Origin: an uncultured Thermoleophilia bacterium
Lineage (GTDB): Bacteria; Actinomycetota; Thermoleophilia; UBA2241
Length of the DNA stretch: 64,000 nt
Reading direction: 5' to 3'
Assembly (NCBI GenBank): GCA_963702475.1
Contig: CAVPCT010000001.1
Span: 128,001 to 192,000 of the forward strand
Made by a program: the position numbers and the translations under genes. Shown here in pieces: positions 54,516-63,999 of this stretch. The notes beneath the pieces are model-generated. The model searched no databases, was not told the DNA's origin, and saw only the letters and a list, made by a program, of their open reading frames with translations. Position 1 is the stretch's first letter. Each line of letters starts with the position of its first letter.

Positions 54516-54968
54516 GTGGCACAGTTTCACGGCGACGACGAGCCGCTCGTCAGAGGTCTTCACTGGGTCATCCGTATGGCAGTACGAGTCCTCGCGATCC
54601 TCATGACCGGGGTGATCGCTTTCGGAGTCGCCGACGTGGTGTACGTCCTGTACAAACGACTCATGGCCGAGCCGGCCTGGTTCCTGGAGATCAGCGATAT
54701 CCTCGCCACGTTCGGTGCATTCATGGCCGTCCTCATCGCCATCGAGATCTTCGTGAACATCGTGAGCTACCTGCGCGAGGACGTGATCCACGTTCGCATC
54801 GTCCTCGCCACGGCCCTCATGGCCATCGCCCGCAAAGTGATCATCCTCGACTACTCGACCACATCGCCCCAGTACATCTACGCTACCGCGGCGGTGGTCG
54901 CTGCCATGGCGCTCGCCTACTGGCTCATCGTGCGGTACCGGCCGGTGAGCGGCGCGGAAGTCGACTGA
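54516..54968 (+). CDS. Phosphate-starvation-inducible PsiE family membrane protein
   Basis: FGAFMAVLIAIEIF..IVLATALMAIARKVIILD; GTG after GGAGG (alternative ATG 54447). Confidence 0.85.
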   Translation: MAQFHGDDEPLVRGLHWVIRMAVRVLAILMTGVIAFGVADVVYVLYKRLMAEPAWFLEISDILATFGAFMAVLIAIEIFVNIVSYLREDVIHVRIVLATALMAIARKVIILDYSTTSPQYIYATAAVVAAMALAYWLIVRYRPVSGAEVD

Positions 54969-55057
54969 CGCAGCGTCCACCTGGCCGGGCCCACTCGCGG
55001 CGCCGTGCGGGAACGGTGGTTCCTGGGCCCTCCGGCCGCTGAGCAGCTCGCCCGGCC

Positions 55058-55939
55058 TCACCGGTTCCGGAGCCGCTCGCGGATGTTCCTGTAGTGACGC
55101 GACTGGCCGAGGTTCTGTACGACCAGCGCCACCACGGTGATGAGGTAGAGCTGGCCGAGCACGGCTTCGCACGCGGCCGTCATGCGCCCCACGCTGCCGG
55201 CCGCCGTGAGGTCGCCGTACCCCACGGTCGTGATGGTGATGAAGCTGAAGTACAGGTAGTCGATCGTGCCGGCCCTCGCCGGCGGCTGGAGCTGCGCGAA
55301 GAACGGCGCGCCCTCCACCCAGGCCGTCAGGGAGTAGACGCTGGCGAAGAACATGGCCAGCAGCAGGTAGATGCAGACGGCGCCGTAGAAGGTATTGAGG
55401 CTCACGGTGGGGTGTGAGGCCAGGCGCCTCACGATGGCGACCGGAGCGACCACCACCAGCAGCACGGTGAGCGCGGCGGCCACGCCGCGCCCGGTCTCTT
55501 CGCTGCCGAGGACGGTGGCGACGACGGCTGCCGCGGTGGCGATGGGGATGAGCGCCATCGCCCAGCGCAGCAGGAGGCGCTGCACGCGCGAGGCACGCAG
55601 CGCCAGCCAGGTGGTGGCGGCGAGCAGCACCAGCGAGGCCACCCGGCCCCAGGTGTCGTCGCCGCCGATGGCCGTGACGAAGAAGGTCGACACCAGCAGC
55701 AGAAGCACGAGGCCGAAGCTGTCGGTGAACCTCAGGCCCTTGTCCTCGGACTCCTCCTGGCCCTCGATCGTGTCGAGCAGGTCCTCGAGCTTCTGAGCCT
55801 CGCCGGGCGTCACCTCGGGCGGAGTCGCGGCGGCCGGAGCTCCGGTGGAGGCCGCCTCTCCCTGCGGCCGGTCCGGCTGACCCGGCATCCCGGGAGGCTG
55901 CCCCTGGGGCGGCCGTGCGTTGTCGTCGGCGGCGGTCAT
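55058..55939 (-). CDS. Potassium channel family protein (Ion_trans_2)
   Basis: Selectivity filter YFSFITITTVGYGD; EAVLGQLYL. Confidence 0.88.
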   Translation of the reverse strand: MTAADDNARPPQGQPPGMPGQPDRPQGEAASTGAPAAATPPEVTPGEAQKLEDLLDTIEGQEESEDKGLRFTDSFGLVLLLLVSTFFVTAIGGDDTWGRVASLVLLAATTWLALRASRVQRLLLRWAMALIPIATAAAVVATVLGSEETGRGVAAALTVLLVVVAPVAIVRRLASHPTVSLNTFYGAVCIYLLLAMFFASVYSLTAWVEGAPFFAQLQPPARAGTIDYLYFSFITITTVGYGDLTAAGSVGRMTAACEAVLGQLYLITVVALVVQNLGQSRHYRNIRERLRNR

Positions 55940-56117
55940 GGTCCCGGCGAAACTGTATCTCAGGCGCGCCGTGGTGCAACTGCGAGCGCGGGGCCGGGTG
56001 GCGCCGGCGGCGAGCGGTCGCGCAGCGGCCGCTGCACCGAAGCCGTCGGCAGGGCTGCCGGAGCGCGCGCCGAAGCCCTGTGGTCTACACTCGTCGTACA
56101 GCGACTGCGAGGAGGGC

Positions 56118-57044
56118 ATGGACTACCAGCGGTACACCTCGGGCCCACGGCGCGACCGTAGCTACCGCCGGCGCCGGCTGAGGCGCCGGCGTCTCACAGG
56201 GCTCGTCGTGGTCGTCCTCGTGGTCGCCGCCGTCGCGACCGCCCTCGTAGTGGTCACTCGCGGCGGTGACGGCGGCGGCGGCACGACCGCCGCCCCCTCG
56301 TCGTCCTCCGGCGCCGCGTCGGCCTCCGCCACTCCGACCCCCAGGCCGACCGTGCCGCCCCCCGAGGTCTGGGAGGCGAGCGCTTCCAGGCCCGTGCGCG
56401 TGTGGGTCGGTGGCGACTCCATGGGAGGCGAGCTCGGCTGGAGTCTCGCGCCCATGCTCGAGAACACGGGCGTGCTCGAGCCCATCCTTTTCTACAAAGA
56501 CTCCACCGGCATCTGCCGCTGGGATTTCTACCACTGGGGCGACAAGATCGAGTCGGTCATGCGCAACGACGAGCCCGACGCCGTGGTGCTCATGATGGGC
56601 ACCAACGACACGCAGTCGGTGTGGCAGAACGGCGACTGGATCGCGCACGGCGATCCCGACTGGAAGCGCGTCTACCAGAAACGTGTCGCCGACATGACGA
56701 AAGACGCCATCAAGGGCGGCGCCCGCCGCGTCTACTGGGTCGGCATGCCCATCATGCAGGAGGACTGGCGCAACCCCTGGATGAAGTCCATCAACAAGAT
56801 CGTGCAGAAGGCGGTGGCCGAGATCCCGGGGGCGCGGTACATCGACTCGTGGGAGCTCTTCGTGGACGACGACGGCGAGTACGTGTCCTCGCTACGCCTC
56901 GGCGACGGCGTGCACTTCACGGTGGAGGGTCAGAAGCTCGTCGGCAAGGCCGTGCTCAAGGCCATCAAGAAGGACTGGCTGCCCAACGGCGTGCCGTCGC
57001 CGGAGCCGGAGGCGACCCCGATGCCCGAGGCCTCGTCGATCTGA
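56118..57044 (+). CDS. Membrane-anchored SGNH/GDSL (DUF459) acyl esterase/transferase 1
   Basis: Arg-rich + TM anchor, S/T/P linker; GGDSMG, MGTND, GDGVHFT. Confidence 0.88.
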   Translation: MDYQRYTSGPRRDRSYRRRRLRRRRLTGLVVVVLVVAAVATALVVVTRGGDGGGGTTAAPSSSSGAASASATPTPRPTVPPPEVWEASASRPVRVWVGGDSMGGELGWSLAPMLENTGVLEPILFYKDSTGICRWDFYHWGDKIESVMRNDEPDAVVLMMGTNDTQSVWQNGDWIAHGDPDWKRVYQKRVADMTKDAIKGGARRVYWVGMPIMQEDWRNPWMKSINKIVQKAVAEIPGARYIDSWELFVDDDGEYVSSLRLGDGVHFTVEGQKLVGKAVLKAIKKDWLPNGVPSPEPEATPMPEASSI

Positions 57045-57084
57045 TGCCGGAGCGGCTTCCCGCGCCGGGGGCCATAATGGGACC

Positions 57085-57966
57085 ATGATGCCACCGTTGT
57101 TCGCCACACTCCCGCTCGACGTGTTCGACGCCGCCAAGCGGCCGCTCTTCTTCCTTCTCCTGGCGTTCATTCTCACGTTCGTGGTGGTGCGCATCAACAC
57201 GCGCCGGGTCCGGGCCAAGGGGGGCGCCGGCACGGGCGCCGGCAGTATCGTCACTCCCGGCGGACTGCACATCCACCACTCGGTGTTCGGCATCATCATG
57301 ATGGTGGTGGCCGGCATCCTGGAGTTCGCGCTGCAGTCGCGCACGCCATACGTGGAGATCATCGCCTGCGCGTTCGGCGTCGGCGCTGCTCTCACGCTCG
57401 ACGAGTTCGCCCTCATCCTGCACCTCGAGGACGTCTACTGGACCGGCGAGGGCCGCCAGTCGATCGACGCGGTGATCCTCGGGCTCACGTTCATGATCCT
57501 GCTGCTGACGGGGCTCGTGCCGGGCGGCCTCTCCGAATTCGGTGACTACCTCACCATCTCGCGGTGGGCGGCGGTCGCCTTCGTGTCGTGCAGCGCCGTC
57601 TTCGTCATGGCCTGCTACCTCAAGGGCAAGCTCTTCATGGGCACGGTCGGCATCTTCATCTCGCCGATCGCCCTGATCGGCGCCGTGCGCCTGGCCAAAC
57701 CCAACTCGCCGTGGGCGCGCCTGCGCTACGCGCGGAGCCCCATCAAGATGGAGCGCGCCCGCCGCCGGCACGAGGGGTTCAACCGACGCTGGCGGGAGCG
57801 CAAGCACTACGTGTGGGACCTCATCGGCGGGCGGCCGCACCTGCACCTGCCGCACCTCCACGGGCAAGCGCGCAGAAGCGCGCCAGCCGCAGTGGCGCCC
57901 GTCGCCCCGCAGGAGGCGGGTGTTCTGCCCGAGGTCGAACGGGACCCGGCGGCCGCGGCGCACTGA
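57085..57966 (+). CDS. Conserved-type integral membrane protein (HIHH motif)
   Basis: GGLHIHHSVFG, GAALTLDEFALILHLEDVYW..GRQSIDAV, GAVRLAKPNSPWAR; leaderless CATAAT-N6-ATG. Confidence 0.8.
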   Translation: MMPPLFATLPLDVFDAAKRPLFFLLLAFILTFVVVRINTRRVRAKGGAGTGAGSIVTPGGLHIHHSVFGIIMMVVAGILEFALQSRTPYVEIIACAFGVGAALTLDEFALILHLEDVYWTGEGRQSIDAVILGLTFMILLLTGLVPGGLSEFGDYLTISRWAAVAFVSCSAVFVMACYLKGKLFMGTVGIFISPIALIGAVRLAKPNSPWARLRYARSPIKMERARRRHEGFNRRWRERKHYVWDLIGGRPHLHLPHLHGQARRSAPAAVAPVAPQEAGVLPEVERDPAAAAH

Positions 57967-58053
57967 GGTCCCTGCCGGACTCCTCAGGGTCCGGCCGAAG
58001 AACGCCGGTTGGCAGCGCGTCGTCCCTCCCCCTAGACTGACGCCCGGACACGC

Positions 58054-59712
58054 ATGCTCTTCCCCACCATCACATTCGCGGTCTTCTTCCTGCTGGTCTT
58101 CATCGGGAACTGGCTGCTCATGCCCAGACCGCGGCTGTGGAAGCCGTTCATCCTCGTGGCCAGTGCCGTGTTCTACGGCTGGTGGGAGTGGCGCTTCGTC
58201 CTGCTGCTCGCCGTGAGCGCCGTGGCCAACCAGCTGTTCGCGTCCGCCATCCAGGGCGCCCGCACGCGGAGCGGCAGGAAGTGGCTGCTGGCCGGCGCCG
58301 TGGCCGCCAACCTGGGCGTGCTGGGCTGGTTCAAGTACTACGGCTTCTTCGTGACCTCGGTGGTCAACTTCCTCGGCGCCTTCGGCCTCAACGCCGACCT
58401 GCCGCTGTTGCGCATCGTGTTGCCGATCGGCATCTCCTTCCTCACGTTCCGTGTGCTCAGCTACGTCATCGACGTGTACCGCGGTACCCTGCGCACGGCC
58501 TCCCTGCTCGACTTCGCCGTGTACGTCGCCTTCTTTCCGTACACTCTCGCCGGACCCATCGCCCGCGCCTCGGAGTTCCTGCCGCAGCTCAACGCGCCCC
58601 GCGACCCCCGCCGCGTGGACACGTCGAGGGCGTTCTTCCTGATCTTCGCCGGACTGGCCAAGAAGATGCTGCTGGCCGACTACCTCGCCACACACATCGT
58701 CAACGGCGTGTTCACCACGCCCGGCGAGTACTCGTCGCTGGAGGTCCTGGTGGGCGTCATCGGGTACTCGGTGCAGATCTACTGCGATTTCAGCGCGTAC
58801 GCCGACATCGCCATCGGCATCTCGCTGCTGCTCGGCTTCGAGTTGCCGGACAACTTCGACCGGCCGTACACCGCCGTCTCGGTGCAGGACTTCTGGCGCC
58901 GCTGGCACATGACCCTGTCTCGCTGGCTGCGGGACTACCTGTACATCCCGCTGGGCGGCAGTCGCAGGGGCCAGGTGCGCACGTACGTGAACCTGATGCT
59001 GACCATGGTGTTGGGCGGCCTCTGGCACGGCGCGGGATGGACGTTCATGTTCTGGGGTCTGCTGTACGGCGGCGCGCTCGTAGTCGAGCACCGGCGCCTC
59101 GACGTACGCAAGGCCAGGGCGGCCCGGCGGCAGCGTGTGGGAGGGTCCCTGGCCGTGCCGTCCGCCGGGGCGGGCGCCCTTCACGATGGCGCGGAGGCGT
59201 TCGCTCCCGGGACGCCGGCGGCCGCCGGCGTCTCCGACCTGGAGCGCAGCGCCCGCGCCCTGGCCGCCATGGGTCCCAGCGGGCCGGTCTTCGCGGCGCC
59301 GGTGGCGGCCGTGGCGGCGCCGTCGCGCTCCGGCCCCGTGCCGGCCGCGCCGCTCCAGTACGACAGGCGCCCCTGGGGCGGCGGCTGGCTGCCGCGTCTC
59401 GGCGTGTTCGCGTTCGTGACCTTCGCCTGGGTGTTCTTCCGCTCGCCCACGTTCGCGGCCGCGCTCGACGTGCTCGCCCAGTTGTTCCGCGGCTGGGGCA
59501 GTGTGGGCGCCGCCGTCACCCCGGCCGTGCTGCTGGTCATCGTCGTCGGCGTCGGCGTGCAGTACGTGCCGAACACGGTCTACCAGCGCGTGCAGGCCGG
59601 GTTCTCGGTGCTGAACCCTGTGCTGCAGGGCCTCGCCCTGGCCGTGGGCTTCATGCTGCTCGACGTGCTCGGCCCGACGGGACCGGCCAGCTTCCTCTAC
59701 TTCCAGTTCTGA
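58054..59712 (+). CDS. MBOAT O-acyltransferase 1 (AlgI/PatA/DltB family)
   Basis: MLFPT, FKYYGFF, LPIGISF, AGPIAR, QIYCDFSAY, FWRRWHMTLS, GGLWHGA, C-terminal FLYFQF. Confidence 0.93.
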   Translation: MLFPTITFAVFFLLVFIGNWLLMPRPRLWKPFILVASAVFYGWWEWRFVLLLAVSAVANQLFASAIQGARTRSGRKWLLAGAVAANLGVLGWFKYYGFFVTSVVNFLGAFGLNADLPLLRIVLPIGISFLTFRVLSYVIDVYRGTLRTASLLDFAVYVAFFPYTLAGPIARASEFLPQLNAPRDPRRVDTSRAFFLIFAGLAKKMLLADYLATHIVNGVFTTPGEYSSLEVLVGVIGYSVQIYCDFSAYADIAIGISLLLGFELPDNFDRPYTAVSVQDFWRRWHMTLSRWLRDYLYIPLGGSRRGQVRTYVNLMLTMVLGGLWHGAGWTFMFWGLLYGGALVVEHRRLDVRKARAARRQRVGGSLAVPSAGAGALHDGAEAFAPGTPAAAGVSDLERSARALAAMGPSGPVFAAPVAAVAAPSRSGPVPAAPLQYDRRPWGGGWLPRLGVFAFVTFAWVFFRSPTFAAALDVLAQLFRGWGSVGAAVTPAVLLVIVVGVGVQYVPNTVYQRVQAGFSVLNPVLQGLALAVGFMLLDVLGPTGPASFLYFQF

Positions 59713-60839
59713 TGGGCGACCCCGGCGACAAGCTCCCGTTCGGCCGCCGCCGGCGCACCGCGGCCAGCGCCCTCGTGGTGATCCTCATCGCCTTCGGCCT
59801 CGGGGTGCTGTTCAACGCCCCGGCCATGAAGAAGACCGCCCTGGAGCTGCCGTTCGGCGGCGCCCGCAGCTTCCGCCTGGCGCTGGTCGGCCCCGCCGCC
59901 GCGGTCAGCGGTTGGTTCTACCTGGACCGCCCGGCACGGTTCGCCGCAGGGCTGCTCGGCAAGCCGGACCCGGGACCGCGCGAGGTCCAGGTGGTGGAGG
60001 TGCCGACGCCGACCCCCGAACCATCGGCCACGAAGAAGGGCGACAAGGGCGACAAGGACGGCGGCAAGACGCCCATCGGCGAGCGCCCGCTGCCCAAGCC
60101 CTACGCCGGCCACCCGATGCACCTGTACATCGCCGGCGACTCCATGGCCGGCATCCCCGGCATGGCCCTCGTCAATCTGGCCAAGGACACCAGGCTCATC
60201 AAGCCACTCCTCGACTACCGTATCTCCACCGGCCTGGTGCGTCCCGACTTCTTCAACTGGCCGCTGCAGCTGAAGCAGCAGGTGAAGGCGTTCGATCCCG
60301 GCGCCGTCGTGGTGATGTGGGGCGCCAACGACAACCAGGGCGTCGAGACGTCGACCGGGAAGGTGTACCAGTTCGGGAGCAAGGGCTGGCAGAAGGAGTA
60401 CCGCAAGCGCATCGAGGACGTCATCGCGATCCTCTTCGCCGGCGGCGTGCGGCGCATCTACTGGGTCGGCCAGCCCATCATGCCGGACGCGTCCTACGAC
60501 CGGCAGATCCGCCTGATGAACGACCTGTTCGAGAGCGTGGCGGCCGGGCACGCGGGCGTGCGGTACATCGACGCGTACTCGGTGCTCTCCACCGGCAGCG
60601 GAGGGTACTCGCAGTATCTCAAGGACGAGCAGGGCGAGACCCAGCAGGTCCGTGAGGCCGACGGCGAGCATCTGACCTATGCCGGCGGCATGCGCCTGGC
60701 CAGGGAGGTCATGGCGGCCATCAAGGCCGACTGGCTGACGAAGGACAAGAAGGAAGGCTCCGGCCGGAGCAGAGCCGGGGTCTCCTCCTCACCCTCGGCC
60801 AAGGCGTCGCCCAAGGCGAGCGCCACGCCGGCGCCCTGA
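59712..60839 (+). CDS. Membrane-anchored SGNH (DUF459) protein 2
   Basis: TGATG overlap with MBOAT1; AGDSMA, STGLVRPDFFNWP, WGAND, ADGEHLT. Confidence 0.88.
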   Translation: MGDPGDKLPFGRRRRTAASALVVILIAFGLGVLFNAPAMKKTALELPFGGARSFRLALVGPAAAVSGWFYLDRPARFAAGLLGKPDPGPREVQVVEVPTPTPEPSATKKGDKGDKDGGKTPIGERPLPKPYAGHPMHLYIAGDSMAGIPGMALVNLAKDTRLIKPLLDYRISTGLVRPDFFNWPLQLKQQVKAFDPGAVVVMWGANDNQGVETSTGKVYQFGSKGWQKEYRKRIEDVIAILFAGGVRRIYWVGQPIMPDASYDRQIRLMNDLFESVAAGHAGVRYIDAYSVLSTGSGGYSQYLKDEQGETQQVREADGEHLTYAGGMRLAREVMAAIKADWLTKDKKEGSGRSRAGVSSSPSAKASPKASATPAP

Positions 60840-60944
60840 CGCCGGCCCGCTTGCGGGACCGCCCGGGCGGCCGGGTCCGTCCACCGACGCCGCCCGGGCG
60901 CGGCGGCATGGGGCCGACCCCGGTCGCTGTAGTAGCATCCGGCC

Positions 60945-62384
60945 ATGCTGTTCCCGACCATCACCTTCGCCGTCTTCTTCCTCGTCGTCTACGCGCTCAG
61001 CTGGCTGCTGATGCCGCGGTTCCGGCTGTGGAAGTGGTTCATCATCGCGGCGAGCTACGTGTTCTACGGCTGGTGGGACTGGCGCTTCGTCCTGCTGCTC
61101 GTGGTCGCCACCATCGCCAACCAGGCGCTGGCGGTGCAGATCCGGCGGGCGCGCGGCCGGCGCAGCGGGGCGCGCGCCGCGAAGGGTTGGCTCACCCTCT
61201 CAGTCGTCTTCAACCTCGGCCTGCTCGGCTACTTCAAGTACGTCGACTTCTTCGCCGTGAACCTCGACCACCTGCTCAGCAGCATCGGTCTGGGGGCGCC
61301 GCTGCCGCTGTTGCGCGTGCTGCTCCCGGTGGGCATCTCGTTCCTCGTGTTCCGCGTGCTCACCTACACGATCGACATCTACCGCGGGCAGCTGGCGCCG
61401 GCCTCCACCCTGGACTTCGGCGTGTACGTCGCCTTCTTCCCTTACCTCCTCGCGGGGCCCATCGCCCGGGCCCGCGACTTCCTCCCGCAGCTGGCCTCGC
61501 CCAGGAACCCGCACTCCGTGGACGCCGGGCGCGCCTTCGTGCTCATCCTCGGGGGCCTCGCCAAGAAGCTTTGGATAGCGGACTACCTGTCCACGCACAT
61601 CGTCAACGGGGTCTTCCTGTCGCCGCAGTCCTACTCGGCCTGGGAGACGGCGTGGGCCATCGCCGCCTACTCCGTGCAGATCTACTGCGACTTCAGCGCC
61701 TACAGCGACATCGCCATCGGCATCTCGCTGTTGCTCGGGTTCGAACTGCCCGAGAACTTCAACGCCCCGTACACGGCGCGCACCGTCCAGGACTTCTGGC
61801 GCCGCTGGCACATCACCCTCTCCAGCTGGCTGCGCGACTACCTCTACATCCCGCTGGGCGGGAACCGCAAGGGACCCGGGCGCACCTACGTGAACCTCAT
61901 CGTGACGATGCTGCTCGGCGGCCTCTGGCACGGCGCCGGGTGGAACTTCATCCTCTGGGGCGGCATGCACGGCGTAGGCATGGCGCTGGAGCGGGCCCGC
62001 GGCGAGACGCGGCGGCGGCGCGGCATCCCGGACCCGGGTCGCACGGCCGGCGCGCGGGCGCTGCAGCGCGCCGGCGTGTTCGTGTTCGTCAGCATCGCCT
62101 GGGTGTTCTTCCGGGCCGACTCCGTCGGCGCCGCCTTCTCGGTGCTCTGGCGCCTGATCGCGGGGCTGGGCAGCATCGGCACGGCCGTCACCTGGCCGGT
62201 GGTCGGGCTCGTCGTGGTGGGCGTCGCCATCCAGTACGTGCCGCGCGGCTTCATCGAGCGCCTGGAGGGAGGGCTCTCGCGCATCGGGTGGGCCGGGCAG
62301 GCCGCGGTGCTGGCGGTGGGTCTGTTCCTGATCGACACGCTGGGGCCGCAGGGCGCGGCCGAGTTCCTCTACTTCAAGTTCTGA
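60945..62384 (+). CDS. MBOAT O-acyltransferase 2 (AlgI/PatA/DltB family)
   Basis: Paralog of MBOAT1; FWRRWHITLS, GGLWHGA, C-terminal FLYFKF; leaderless TAGCAT-N6-ATG. Confidence 0.93.
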   Translation: MLFPTITFAVFFLVVYALSWLLMPRFRLWKWFIIAASYVFYGWWDWRFVLLLVVATIANQALAVQIRRARGRRSGARAAKGWLTLSVVFNLGLLGYFKYVDFFAVNLDHLLSSIGLGAPLPLLRVLLPVGISFLVFRVLTYTIDIYRGQLAPASTLDFGVYVAFFPYLLAGPIARARDFLPQLASPRNPHSVDAGRAFVLILGGLAKKLWIADYLSTHIVNGVFLSPQSYSAWETAWAIAAYSVQIYCDFSAYSDIAIGISLLLGFELPENFNAPYTARTVQDFWRRWHITLSSWLRDYLYIPLGGNRKGPGRTYVNLIVTMLLGGLWHGAGWNFILWGGMHGVGMALERARGETRRRRGIPDPGRTAGARALQRAGVFVFVSIAWVFFRADSVGAAFSVLWRLIAGLGSIGTAVTWPVVGLVVVGVAIQYVPRGFIERLEGGLSRIGWAGQAAVLAVGLFLIDTLGPQGAAEFLYFKF

Positions 62385-62409
62385 GCCGGGTGACGGCTGC
62401 GGAGACCTG

Positions 62410-63783
62410 ATGGCGGACTGGGACGACGAGGGCAGGGACAACAGGCCGTTCCCGGACGGGGACGATGAGGACCTGTTCGTGTGGGGCGAGCTGCGGCCGC
62501 CGGCGCGGTCGCCGGGGCGCGAGCCCCCACGGCCGCGCCGGGACAGGCCCGGACCCGTGCCGGCGGCTTGGGACGATCTCGACCGGACGGCTCGGTACCG
62601 GCCGGCGGAGCCCCGGCCGCGGCCGCGGCCCGACGAGGACGACACCGGCGGGTATGAGGTGCCGACCGGGCGGCCGCGCCCGGCCGACGTGCGCCGCGAC
62701 ACGCGGTACGGCGCCGACGACGAGTGGCAGGAGTGGCTCGATCCGGGAGAGGGAGCGCAGTCCCGCCGGCCGGTGCCCGGCGAAGGGCCCGGCGGCCCGT
62801 TCGGGCCCGACGCGCTCGGGCCGTTGCCCGAGCGCGCCAGGCCACGCCGCCGCCGGGCCTCCGCCGGCGCCGTGCTCGCCGCCATGTTGCTCGGCTTCCT
62901 GGTCGCCGGCCTGCTCGACGCCGCCGCCATCCAGAAGCGCGTCGAGGGCGAGGAGCTCGGCGGCATGCGCAGCCTGCAGCTCGCCCTGCTCAAGCCGGTC
63001 GTCGCGGCGAGCGGCTGGCTGCAGCTCGACCGCCCGGCCGAGGCGCTCAACGCCGCCCTCGGCCGCGGCGAGGAGAAGCACCACACGCTCGCCGAGACGA
63101 AGACGCAGAAGAAGTCGCACTGGCCGCGGGAGATCACCGCGGCCAAGCCACTGCGCCTGTGGATCATCGGCGACTCGATGGGCCAGGTCTTCGGCTCGTC
63201 GCTCGAGAACCTCGCCGAGGACACGGGGCTGATCAAAGCCAAGATGGAGTACAAGGTGTCCAGCGGTCTCAGCCGTCCGGACTTCTACGACTGGCCGCAG
63301 CACATGATCGACCAGATCGTCGACTGGAACCCCGACGCTACCGCCGTGCTGTTCGGCGCCAACGACGGCCAGAACTACTACCACGAGGGCAGGGTCCTCA
63401 AGGTCGGCACCAAGGCCTGGCAGGCGGAGTACGCGAGACGTGTGGGCAAGGCGATGAAGATCCTCACCAGAGGCGGCCGCCGCGTGTACTGGGTCGGGCA
63501 GCCCATCATGCGCAACTCCGTGTATCGAGACAAGACGGCGATGATCGACAAGATCTACGCGGCCGAGGCCAAGAAGCACGACGGGGTGCAGTACATCTCC
63601 ACGTGGATGCTCTTCGCCAACGAGAAGGGCGGGTACACGGAGGCGCTGAAGGACGAGGGCGGCGACCTCGTGATCATGCGCGCTCCCGACGGCGTCCATC
63701 TCACGCGCGCCGGCGGCGACCGCATGGCGCAGGTCGTGCTGGACGTCATCGAGCAGGACTGGGGCATCCCGCAGCAGCCGTAA
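62410..63783 (+). CDS. Membrane-anchored SGNH (DUF459) protein 3 with long D/R/P-rich N-terminus
   Basis: IGDSMG, SSGLSRPDFYDWP, FGAND, PDGVHLT. Confidence 0.88.
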   Translation: MADWDDEGRDNRPFPDGDDEDLFVWGELRPPARSPGREPPRPRRDRPGPVPAAWDDLDRTARYRPAEPRPRPRPDEDDTGGYEVPTGRPRPADVRRDTRYGADDEWQEWLDPGEGAQSRRPVPGEGPGGPFGPDALGPLPERARPRRRRASAGAVLAAMLLGFLVAGLLDAAAIQKRVEGEELGGMRSLQLALLKPVVAASGWLQLDRPAEALNAALGRGEEKHHTLAETKTQKKSHWPREITAAKPLRLWIIGDSMGQVFGSSLENLAEDTGLIKAKMEYKVSSGLSRPDFYDWPQHMIDQIVDWNPDATAVLFGANDGQNYYHEGRVLKVGTKAWQAEYARRVGKAMKILTRGGRRVYWVGQPIMRNSVYRDKTAMIDKIYAAEAKKHDGVQYISTWMLFANEKGGYTEALKDEGGDLVIMRAPDGVHLTRAGGDRMAQVVLDVIEQDWGIPQQP

Positions 63784-63903
63784 GCGCGCCCCGGCGCCTG
63801 TCCCCGGCGCCTCCGGGCGCGCTCTCCTGCGTCGCCTGCCCGTGGCGGACGGCGCCGGCCGGACGCTCCTTGCGCAAGCAGCGTCAGGCCGGGCCGGCCG
63901 CGG

Positions 63904-63999
63904 TCACCAGGCCCGCACCTCGCCGGCATCGGTGATCCAGTCGCGGGTGAGGAACAGCCAGAAGGCCAGCCCGGCGAAGGGCCCGTAGGGCCGGAACCG
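63904..63999 (-). CDS. 3' end of a gene cut by the window edge (possibly HhH-GPD/AlkA-like glycosylase)
   Basis: Frame reads ..RFRPYGPFAGLAFWLFLTRDWITDAGEVRAW*; too short for a firm family call. Confidence 0.4.
   Translation of the reverse strand, partial: RFRPYGPFAGLAFWLFLTRDWITDAGEVRAW

Noticed and set aside
58137-59711. Apparent 900-aa ORF implying a long N-terminal extension of SGNH2
   Set aside because: The upstream part overlaps MBOAT1 out of frame; the real start is the coupled ATG at 59712.
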